Assembly: GCA_947501605.1 (NCBI GenBank)
Contig: CANMWZ010000010.1
Span: forward strand, 32,001 to 96,000
Direction: 5' to 3'
Length of the DNA stretch: 64,000 bases
From: Planctomycetota bacterium
GTDB taxonomy: Bacteria > Planctomycetota > UBA1135 > UBA2386
Under the pieces are notes generated by a model. The model saw only the letters and a list, made by a program, of their open reading frames with translations, made no database searches and had not been told where the DNA came from. Made by a program: the position numbers and the translations under genes. Positions 48,000-56,304 of the stretch are shown piece after piece; position 1 is the stretch's first letter, and the number at the start of each line of letters is the position of its first letter.

Positions 48000-50882
48000 T
48001 CACGGGCGGTTCAGGTCGAAGTAGGTGAAGAGGTTCATGCCGTCCTGGCCGAGCGCCTTGAGGCCGGCGAACTTGTCGAGTGCTCCCGTCGTGCGGTAGA
48101 TCGAAGCCGCGTAGCCCTTGTAGGTGCTGTCCTGCTCGCCAGCCTGTTTGGCGTACCAGTAGCATTCCCATTGGAAGCGATACCAGTCGATGCTGTACTT
48201 CTGGACTGCGGGGCGCTGAGCCCAGGTCCGGTACTCGGAGTAGTACTTGTCGTAGGCTTCCTTGTAGCGGCCGAGGCCAGGCTCCTTCACCGGCTTGCCA
48301 CGGTTATTGAGGTAGAACCAGCCGCCAAGGGCCTTGCAGACCAGGCGCTTCAGCTCGTACTGGTTGGGGTTGGCCTTCTCGGCTGCGAGCAACATGTCGA
48401 GTGCCTGCTGAAACTGGCGTTGCTCGAGCAGCGCTTCACCGATTTTCGGCCGAATCGTGAGGTCGATGACCTCCTTGGTCTTCGCCTCTGCTTCAGTTCC
48501 GTACAGTTGCAGCGCCTTCTGCGCGACCTCGTCGACTTTCTTCCAGTCGCCGAGTTTCTCGAAGGCGTTCATCGTGTTGACCAGGATGCCGAGCTGCGGC
48601 TTGCCCGACGAACGGATGTAGTCAACGCCCAGGTTGCACAGGCGCGTGCGCATCTGCGTGATGTCGTTGCGCAGCTTCTCAATGCCCGCCTTGTCCTTGT
48701 CGGCACTGACGGCAGCGTCGAGTTCTTTGTCCAGATTGGCCGTGTGCGTCAGGTAGGCACCGAAGATGACGCTTGCTAGCTTGCTTGCGCGCTGCTCATC
48801 GAGGTCCTTGATCTGCAAGTACGAGGCTTCGGCCTTGTCGAGTTCGCCCAGGTCTGCGTGCATCCGGCCAAGAGCGTCGAGCGCCTGTGCGATCGTCGCT
48901 TCTTTCGACTTGCCGTGGTTGGCGACAAAGGCCTGCATCAGCGCGATTGCCGCCGGATACTTTGCAGGGTCGCGTTGCAGCTTCAGGGTCGCATCGCCAT
49001 AGGCCTGCGCGTAGGCGATTGCTGCCTCGGTGTAATCCGTGCGCCGGATGGCACTCTCGCGGACTTGTGCCTTGTCGGCTCTCTTGGGGTCGAGAACGGC
49101 TTCCTTGGAAGCGAGCCAAGAGCGGTAGTCGGCGATGGACTGCGTGGCCTCCGCGATCTTGCCGCCAAAGAACTGCATCCGGATCAGGTTGGCGCGCGCG
49201 AGCTCGTACTGCAGGAACTCCTTCGGTACCTGAGCAAAGGCGTCGACCGCTTCCGTCCACTTGCTCTCGGCCATGCGGTCATTGCCGTTCTTCCAGTGGA
49301 CCTTGCCGGCGCCGGCCGTCGAGTAGGCCAACACGGTCGGCTCGGCCATGGCAAACAGCGGCTGCAGAGCAGGGTCGTTCTTGCTGATCGACTTGAGCTG
49401 CGTGACGGTGCGATCCAAGCGGTCTGCCATGTCGCTGGCGAGCGGCGATTCGGTGCCGTCCTCTCGCTTGCCGAAGCGCTTCAGTCCTTGCTCGAAGGCA
49501 ATCAGCGACTCGAGGAATCGATCCGTCGCAGCGAAGATCTTCCCGAGGAGGTCATAGGCTTCGAGGCCGATTGCTCTTTGCTCTTCTGGTGACATCGTCG
49601 CGAGCGCGCGGCGGAGACCCTTGATGCCCTCCTCGTAGTTCTTGTTCTGATATTCGCCCTTGGCGATTTCGAACAGGAGCGAGCCCGAAACCAAGTTGCG
49701 CTGGCGATCGAGAATCTGACGCAGCACCGCCTTGGCCTTGATGCCGACGTAATCGCTCGGATGCTTGTCGTTGATCTTCTGCGCCATGGTCAGCGCCTGT
49801 TGCACCTTGGCAGCATCTCCCGACTCGGCAAGGAACCGGCATTCGGCCAGGAAGGTAAGGTGACCAAAGCGCGGATCGCAGATCTCGAGCGGATCGAGCC
49901 CCTTCTCACCGTTCTTGGCGAGGTTGTCGCGGAACGAAAGGAACATCTCCGTCGCCGCCGCCGTGTCGCCCTGCTCGAACAGGAGTTCGCCGAGATGCGC
50001 GTAGACCTCCTGCATCATGTCAAAGAGGAAGGCCAGCGTGTCGCCGCTGAGCTCGTTGTCCTCGGCATTGAGTGTGACGCCGATCTGTTGGATGGTTGCG
50101 CTATAGCTGGCGATTGCATCGGCAGTGTTGCCCGCAACCTCACGGCACTGAGCGATCTCGAAGAGCCCGCGCAGGCCGAGTGCGGTTTCCTCCCCGTACT
50201 CAAGCACCATCTCTTCGAGTTCATTGATTGCTCGTCCCGTCTGAACTTCCCGGTCCTGCTTGATGGCGCGACCATGTTCGCGCAGCAGCACGCCTTTGCG
50301 CATCCAGGCAAGACCGTACTCGAGCTTCGTCTGCGGATCCTTGGCTGCACCCTCTTGCAGCGCCTGCATGACCTTCACGCACGATTCGCCGCCGAGTGCG
50401 AACACGTCCTTCGCTTCCTGTTCCAGTTCGGCCACGCGAGTTGGCGATTCCGTGCGCGCAACATCGAGTTCTTCGTTGAGGAACTGTCCAAATTCCTGAG
50501 CTGCTTCTGCGAGCGTCGCGCGAGCGTCGCGCTGGACCGTTGCGTCGCTGCTGCGCTCGAGCAGTTCTTTGCTCTGCAGCAGAGCCTTCTTGTAGTCGCT
50601 GCGCTGCTCGATGCGGTTCTGCTTGATGCGCGCGCCGAACAGCGAGACCTCCACTCGCAACTGCAGGACGCGGTCCTGGTCGCTAGCCGTCTTGAATTCA
50701 CTCTCGAGTCGCGCGAGCTCGGTCTCTGCGACCGACACGAGTCCGAGATCGCGCGCGAGGCCGCGCACAAAGGTCATCTCCCGGTCGAGCTTGGCCGGTC
50801 CCTGAGCGACAGCAATCGTCGTCTGGAACGACATCGCCAAGAGGCCAAGGGCGACAGGAGACAGGAACGCTCGGGCGCGCAT
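48000..50882 (-). CDS. Large secreted TPR / alpha-solenoid protein (~960 aa)
   Basis: Start MRARAF at 50882, signal peptide (IAVA-Q) and many TPR-like repeats. Confidence 0.8.
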   Translation of the reverse strand: MRARAFLSPVALGLLAMSFQTTIAVAQGPAKLDREMTFVRGLARDLGLVSVAETELARLESEFKTASDQDRVLQLRVEVSLFGARIKQNRIEQRSDYKKALLQSKELLERSSDATVQRDARATLAEAAQEFGQFLNEELDVARTESPTRVAELEQEAKDVFALGGESCVKVMQALQEGAAKDPQTKLEYGLAWMRKGVLLREHGRAIKQDREVQTGRAINELEEMVLEYGEETALGLRGLFEIAQCREVAGNTADAIASYSATIQQIGVTLNAEDNELSGDTLAFLFDMMQEVYAHLGELLFEQGDTAAATEMFLSFRDNLAKNGEKGLDPLEICDPRFGHLTFLAECRFLAESGDAAKVQQALTMAQKINDKHPSDYVGIKAKAVLRQILDRQRNLVSGSLLFEIAKGEYQNKNYEEGIKGLRRALATMSPEEQRAIGLEAYDLLGKIFAATDRFLESLIAFEQGLKRFGKREDGTESPLASDMADRLDRTVTQLKSISKNDPALQPLFAMAEPTVLAYSTAGAGKVHWKNGNDRMAESKWTEAVDAFAQVPKEFLQYELARANLIRMQFFGGKIAEATQSIADYRSWLASKEAVLDPKRADKAQVRESAIRRTDYTEAAIAYAQAYGDATLKLQRDPAKYPAAIALMQAFVANHGKSKEATIAQALDALGRMHADLGELDKAEASYLQIKDLDEQRASKLASVIFGAYLTHTANLDKELDAAVSADKDKAGIEKLRNDITQMRTRLCNLGVDYIRSSGKPQLGILVNTMNAFEKLGDWKKVDEVAQKALQLYGTEAEAKTKEVIDLTIRPKIGEALLEQRQFQQALDMLLAAEKANPNQYELKRLVCKALGGWFYLNNRGKPVKEPGLGRYKEAYDKYYSEYRTWAQRPAVQKYSIDWYRFQWECYWYAKQAGEQDSTYKGYAASIYRTTGALDKFAGLKALGQDGMNLFTYFDLNRP

Positions 50883-51114
50883 AGGGCGCCGGATGGTGCT
50901 GCCGATCACGAGGCTGACTCCAGAATGCAGAAGAGGCACGATTCGGATTGCGCCCGAGGGTGCATGCGGGCGCCACCGACTCGGGCAAAGACCAGCGCGC
51001 GGAGGGGTCTCACCACGCGTTGGACAAGGAACGCTGAACATAGCGATCGGTTCAGTGGAGCCAATCGCCAAGGGCGCGAGCGCTGAGACAGCAGCACGCG
51101 CCCCGCTAGGGGTG

Positions 51115-53790
51115 TTACTTGCTCGCGGCGACGCCGGCGTCGGGCAGGGTCATTGAGTCGGGCTGCAGCTCTTCCATGATCACGATCTTGGCATTGATCA
51201 GGATGAGGATCTTGCGGTTCTGCATCGACTGGCCTTTGCGACTGAACAAGAACGAAATGCCGGGCAGGTCCTTGAGGATCGGCACACCGGACACCAAGTT
51301 CTGCCGTTCGACCAGGCGCATGCCGCCGAGCATCATGGTCGCACCATCGGGCAGCGTGACCGTGGTCCGAACTCGTTGCAGGGAGACTTCCGGCAGCTGG
51401 ATCGAAATCGGCTGACCGACGCCCAGTGTGGTCGTGAAGTTCGGGATCGGCAGCTGCAGCGTCATCACCGTCGGGCGCAGCTCCATGGTGATGAACTTCA
51501 GGTCGCTGTCGACCACGGGCCGAACGTCCAGCGTCACGCCGTCATAGACGGTTCCGATCACTGGGTTCGCGACGCCGGCGGCCTGCGCGATCTCGACCTC
51601 GAAGTCCTTGATGTAGCTGATCTCATTGAGCACGTGCATGCTGGCGCGCGTGTTGTTGTAGATCAGCAGGCGCGGTGCCTCGATCTGCTCGCTGCGCTCC
51701 TGCTTGCTGACCGCGCGCAACACGGCCTCGACCTCGGTGTCGTCGAGGAAGGCATACTGCAGCGAGAGACCACCGAGGTTGTTCATGCCGCCGTCGCCGC
51801 CCAGGGTGCGGTCAAACAGATTCTCGGCGCGGGCCATGTAGTCGCCGTCGTTGCCGTCATCGAAGAAGATGCCGGGTTCCGTGCCTGTGCCGAGGAGTCC
51901 CGGCGTTGCGGCGTTCTGCTGCTGCGATGGCCCGAAGTCGTCAAAGCTCGCATTGGGCCGAGTCTCGAGACCACGGCCGGGGAGCCCCTGCGACGACTGA
52001 TCGCCGAGGCCGCGAAGGTCGACACCGACGTCTTCGAGGAAGTTGTCTTCGACCTTGAGGAAGCGCGATTCGACATCGATCTGGATGCCGACATTTCGGC
52101 GCAGATCGCGCAGCAGCTTCAGCACCGAATCATGGGTGTCCTTGTCGGCCCGCACCATGAGCATGCCGGCCTGGAAGTTCATCGTGAACGGGCTGCCGTC
52201 CCAGCGACCTGTGGCGACGGCTTCTTTCAGGATGTCCTGGAGGCGACTGTCGTTGACAACCGCTGGCGCCGGCTCTTCGTCGACTTCGGGGAACAGTGGC
52301 GTGTCATCGTCCGGGGCCTTGAGCTTGAGGTCCGGGCCTGGCTTGCTGGTGAAGCCGGTAACGAGGTCACTGACGTTGTAGCGATCGTAGTAAAGCGTGC
52401 CGATCGCGTTCTCTGGGGTGACCAGTTGCACCAATCCGTGGTTGATACGGTAGGCGACGCCCGTCTGGGCCTGGATGACCTTCAGTGCCTCACCTACCGA
52501 GCGGCGCGACAGACGGAAGTCGGTCAGAGTGGTCGCGGTCGCATCCATGCCGGCGACATCCGGACCGACCACAAACGTCACCCCTGTCAGGTTGCCGTAG
52601 TAGGTCGCCCAGTCCTGGACCGAGGCGCTCGGGAAGTTGTGCTCCAACGAGGTCTCCGCCAGCTTCCGTTCGATGGCGCGGTTCTCCGGGCTGTCGAGCT
52701 CCGCCGGGGTTGCGAAGGCTTGCTGCTTGCGCTGCGAGACTTCCGCCCATCGGATCGGATCGAACACGACCGTCTCGGTCTGCGGCATGTTCGACTGCTG
52801 GTTCTCCAACACCGTCGCGTTCCACTCCTGGCGCCACTGCTCGCGGTTGAGCTCCATGGCGCTGTTGTGGCGCGCGCGGTCCGCAACGTCGCGCAGTTGC
52901 GTCGCTGCGGTGTTGGTCGGGTCGATCTGCAGCGCTTGATCGATGCGCTCGACGGAGCCGTCATACTGCCCCGCGAGGAACTGATTGTTTGCATCTTCGA
53001 GCAGGCGCTCGACCCGCGCCTCGCGCGACTCCTGCTGCTGCTTGGCGATGCGATCCAGTTCGGCCTTGGAGGCGGCCTCCTGGTTCTGCAGGCTCTGCTT
53101 GTCGGATTCCAGCTTCCGCTTCGAAGCGGCTTCGAACTCAGCCTCGGCGCGCCGGAGCAGGGGGTCGTTGGGTTGGAAGTGCGGCGACAGCCGAAGGGTC
53201 GCGAGCGACCGCTGGTAGTTCTCGATTGCACGGCCGTAGGCGCCCTGCTGCATGTGGGCGTTGGCTTGCTCGAGTTCACGCTCGACCAGGGTCCGGTCGC
53301 GTTCCGCGGCGATGCGGTTGCGCAGGATCTCGTCGGCGAAGCGGCCACCGACCGTAGCTACTCGATCGCCCAGCACCTCGTTGCAGCGCCGGAGGATCTC
53401 GCGGGCTTCCGGGTTCTGGTTGTCGAGCTCCAAGGCAAAGGCTGCCTCGTTGCGCGCATCGGCAAACAGACGAGCCTCCATGGAGCGTCGCGCATTCTGC
53501 AGCGCGCCTTGCAGGAGGGCTTGCGTGCTCGGCCGGCCTTGCGGGTCTTGCGCGTCGCCTTGCGGGTTGTTGCGGTCGACGGCAGCGAGGCCAATCGCAG
53601 TCGCTGCCGTCTGCGTGCTCGCTGATGCCGTCTCTGCCTCGCTCATCACTTGGCCCTGGTTCGTCAGGGAACCTGGGTTTCCAGATCCTGAGTAACCAGA
53701 TCCGGAACTCATGGTGCCAGAACATGCAGCGAGTGCGAGCAGCGAGGACGCACAGAGGCCGCGAAGGCGCAGGGTCTCGACCTTGATCAT
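51115..53790 (-). CDS. Lipoprotein secretin, paralog A
   Basis: Start MIKVET at 53790, lipobox LAA-C and a TPR-like N-terminus. The secretin domain has VESRFL...GVDL, APRL...N, GVTLDVRPV, IQLP, TTVTLPDGATMMLGG and GVPILKDLP. Confidence 0.88.
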   Translation of the reverse strand: MIKVETLRLRGLCASSLLALAACSGTMSSGSGYSGSGNPGSLTNQGQVMSEAETASASTQTAATAIGLAAVDRNNPQGDAQDPQGRPSTQALLQGALQNARRSMEARLFADARNEAAFALELDNQNPEAREILRRCNEVLGDRVATVGGRFADEILRNRIAAERDRTLVERELEQANAHMQQGAYGRAIENYQRSLATLRLSPHFQPNDPLLRRAEAEFEAASKRKLESDKQSLQNQEAASKAELDRIAKQQQESREARVERLLEDANNQFLAGQYDGSVERIDQALQIDPTNTAATQLRDVADRARHNSAMELNREQWRQEWNATVLENQQSNMPQTETVVFDPIRWAEVSQRKQQAFATPAELDSPENRAIERKLAETSLEHNFPSASVQDWATYYGNLTGVTFVVGPDVAGMDATATTLTDFRLSRRSVGEALKVIQAQTGVAYRINHGLVQLVTPENAIGTLYYDRYNVSDLVTGFTSKPGPDLKLKAPDDDTPLFPEVDEEPAPAVVNDSRLQDILKEAVATGRWDGSPFTMNFQAGMLMVRADKDTHDSVLKLLRDLRRNVGIQIDVESRFLKVEDNFLEDVGVDLRGLGDQSSQGLPGRGLETRPNASFDDFGPSQQQNAATPGLLGTGTEPGIFFDDGNDGDYMARAENLFDRTLGGDGGMNNLGGLSLQYAFLDDTEVEAVLRAVSKQERSEQIEAPRLLIYNNTRASMHVLNEISYIKDFEVEIAQAAGVANPVIGTVYDGVTLDVRPVVDSDLKFITMELRPTVMTLQLPIPNFTTTLGVGQPISIQLPEVSLQRVRTTVTLPDGATMMLGGMRLVERQNLVSGVPILKDLPGISFLFSRKGQSMQNRKILILINAKIVIMEELQPDSMTLPDAGVAASK

Positions 53791-54135
53791 GGTATGCCTG
53801 CCCAATGAGGGCGTAGCAGAGAGGGAGTAGCGGTCCGAGGGGAGGGACAAGCGGATCACCTTGCGTCGGCTGTTGCCGCAGGGGCTCGCGGCGAAGGCCG
53901 AATGCGAGGTGAGTCTCAACCAAGACGACGGGAAAGAGCACAACTCGGCAGGGCTCGTCGATGCGTCTGGGCAACCGTGACGTCAGCGAGTCGCACGGTG
54001 TTCAGGCCTCGGAACGGGGTCTGCGAAGCAGTCTCCGTGCGCAAGAACCACAAGGTTCCCACGCAGGGACCGGCGGACGGTAGCGGCGTGCATGGGCACG
54101 GTCAAGAACGGCCAACACGCGAAACCAACAGGATT

Positions 54136-54999
54136 TCAGGCACCGGTGTCAGGCGAGCGACGGGGGTCTTCCGGCCGCCCGAGCATGCGGTTCACGCGTT
54201 TGATATCGATCCAGGTTTCGGCCTTGCGCGAGGGGTCGCGCAGCAAGAACGCCGGGTGCCAGGTCACGACCAGTGGAATGCCCTCGTAGCGGAGCTCGCG
54301 GCCGCGCAACTCGCGCATCGGTGCCTCGGTCTTGAGCAGGTTGTGGGCCGCGATCCGACCCAGGGCCACGATCACCTTCGGCTGCAGCAGCGCCACTTGT
54401 TGGCGCAGATAGGGTAGGCAGGCGGCGACTTCCTCGGGTTCCGGGTCGCGATTGCCGGGTGGCCGGCACTTGTTGACGTTGGCGATGTAGACCTCCTCGC
54501 GACGCAGGCCCATGGCGCCGTCGAGAATGCGGTCGAGCAGCTGGCCGGCTGGGCCAACGAAGGGCCGGCCGGTCTGGTCCTCAACCGCTCCGGGGGCCTC
54601 GCCAACAAACATCACGTCGGGTTGGCGGGCACCCTCGCCGAACACGACGGAACGGCGGCTCTCGCACAGCTTGCACAGCTTGCACGCGAGTGCCTCGGTG
54701 CGAAGCACGTTCAGGCGATCGGCGACCGCGTCGGTTGCTGTCGCTGCCGCCGGTGCAGGCGCCGGTGCACGCACTGGCGGCGCGCTCGGTTCGATCCCCG
54801 GTTCCGATTGTGGCGGTGAGCCCGATTGTGGCGGTGAGGTTGTCACCGACGTGACAGGGCCCGGGTCCTTCGGCTCCGACTGTGGCACAGCCAGCACCAG
54901 CTTCGGCACTGCGAGCAAGAGATCGGCGCCGTAGCCTGAGAGTGCGTTCTGCAGGGTGTTCTGCAGGTGGAGTCGCAGGCGGTCTTGGCTTTCGGTCAC
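54136..54999 (-). CDS. Uracil-DNA glycosylase family 4 (Fe-S type)
   Basis: CKLCKL, VGEAPG..ED..GRPFVG.AG, NKCRPP.NR.P...C and TWHPA. Pro-rich N-terminal extension. Confidence 0.93.
   Translation of the reverse strand: MTESQDRLRLHLQNTLQNALSGYGADLLLAVPKLVLAVPQSEPKDPGPVTSVTTSPPQSGSPPQSEPGIEPSAPPVRAPAPAPAAATATDAVADRLNVLRTEALACKLCKLCESRRSVVFGEGARQPDVMFVGEAPGAVEDQTGRPFVGPAGQLLDRILDGAMGLRREEVYIANVNKCRPPGNRDPEPEEVAACLPYLRQQVALLQPKVIVALGRIAAHNLLKTEAPMRELRGRELRYEGIPLVVTWHPAFLLRDPSRKAETWIDIKRVNRMLGRPEDPRRSPDTGA
54804..54838. repeat. 18-bp-period tandem duplication (SPPQSG/SPPQSE)
   Basis: CCGATTGTGGCGGTGAG at 54804 and 54822. Confidence 0.8.
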
Positions 55000-56168
55000 G
55001 GCGCCACCTTCGGGCCGCGTCGACTGGCAGGGGCCATGGCTACGGTTGCCGCATCCTCGCCGAGCAGCGGGAAGATGCCGTAGCTGTGGGCCAGGCTCGG
55101 GCGATCTCCGAGGGCGATCACGGAGTGCCAGGCGCAGTCGTCGAAGCCCTGCGACGGCAGCAGGATCGAGTCGCCCTCCTCGACGACGTAGACCGCGCCG
55201 AGCGCCGACAGGTGTTTGGCGAAGCCCAGATCGCGGTTGAGAAGCTGCCAGATCTGGCGATCGCCGTCGTGGTCGAGTCGATCGAGGCCGGCGCGTTCGT
55301 TCGTCGCGAGGCCAAGGCGCACGACGAGCCGCGCGAGCCGGCGCTTACTGAGCGTCAACCAAGTGGTGCGCCCTTGCAGTTGCGTGTAGCAGACGCCGAG
55401 TTGGCCCGGCTCGGCGTCGTGGTGGAACACGGCGCCACCGTCCGGCGCGTTGTTGTAGAGAATGCGTTCGGACAGGTGGTAGGGGCGCCCCAGTAACGTG
55501 CGCAACAGGCCCTGCAACTCGCCGCAGCCATCGATGGCCGCGCACTCTGGAAAGGCGCTGCGGGCGAGCGCATCGACGGCCAGCGTGGTGCGTTCGGTAG
55601 CCCTCATCCAGCCGTCTGCCGCGCCGTCGCCGCTGCTGTGGCGGATTCGCAGCGAACGATCGCTTTCGTCGTTGGCGATCCAGCTCGCTCGGGCCCACAG
55701 GTCCGCGGCGCCAGCGAAGGTCCCCGTTGCGGCGTCGAAGAACACGGTCTCGACGTCGCGAGGGTCCAGGTGCTCGACAGTGCTCCCCGAGTAGGCGAAC
55801 TCGTGCTGGTCGCGGAGTCGGCGTTCGAGTTCGTCGAGGAAATCGCGACCTTTGCGCAGGCGTTCGAACATCTGCAGCGATGCTTCGATCGCGCCGGCGA
55901 CCGAGGGCAAGATCGAGGCAACGATGCCAGGCAAGAACACGGCTTCGCTTGCATCCCAGCGATAGCGCGCGGCCGCGCGGTCCAGCGGATCGCGTCGCAG
56001 CGCGAGCACGAAACCGAAGTCGACGCCGCGCCGGCGCAAGGGCCACGCCGTCCTTTCCCGGCGCCGCCAACTCGCCACGAGCGCCTCGCTGCCCGGGGGC
56101 AGGATGCGCGCGGTAGCGGCTAGGGCCACTGCACGGTTGCTGGCACGGCGGTCCGTTTTGGTGGGCAC
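54996..56168 (-). CDS. Cupin/JmjC-like putative Fe(II) oxygenase
   Basis: FHHDAE (HxD), YTQLQGRTTW and VEEGDSILLP...WHSV (distal His). The stop overlaps the UDG start. Start uncertain. Confidence 0.6.
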   Translation of the reverse strand: MPTKTDRRASNRAVALAATARILPPGSEALVASWRRRERTAWPLRRRGVDFGFVLALRRDPLDRAAARYRWDASEAVFLPGIVASILPSVAGAIEASLQMFERLRKGRDFLDELERRLRDQHEFAYSGSTVEHLDPRDVETVFFDAATGTFAGAADLWARASWIANDESDRSLRIRHSSGDGAADGWMRATERTTLAVDALARSAFPECAAIDGCGELQGLLRTLLGRPYHLSERILYNNAPDGGAVFHHDAEPGQLGVCYTQLQGRTTWLTLSKRRLARLVVRLGLATNERAGLDRLDHDGDRQIWQLLNRDLGFAKHLSALGAVYVVEEGDSILLPSQGFDDCAWHSVIALGDRPSLAHSYGIFPLLGEDAATVAMAPASRRGPKVAP

Positions 56169-56304
56169 CCGCGCACGCTACCGCGAAGCCGGGAGCGGCG
56201 TCACGCATGCAGTCGCCGCGATCGCTCACGGCGGCGACTTCCACGCGGTGGACGAAAGGCCCGTCCTGTGCAACAGTCAGTCGCTCGCCTTCCGGACCAC
56301 GCTA

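Noticed and set aside
51376..53625. Long + strand ORFs overlapping real genes (also 104-1093, 56268-58418 and others)
   Set aside because: These are antisense or off-frame shadows typical of high-GC DNA, with no motifs and R/A/G-biased composition.
41794..53790. Canonical T2SS / type IV pilus / T3SS or TonB uptake locus
   Set aside because: No prepilin-motif proteins, assembly ATPase, platform protein, TonB or TonB-dependent receptor is present.
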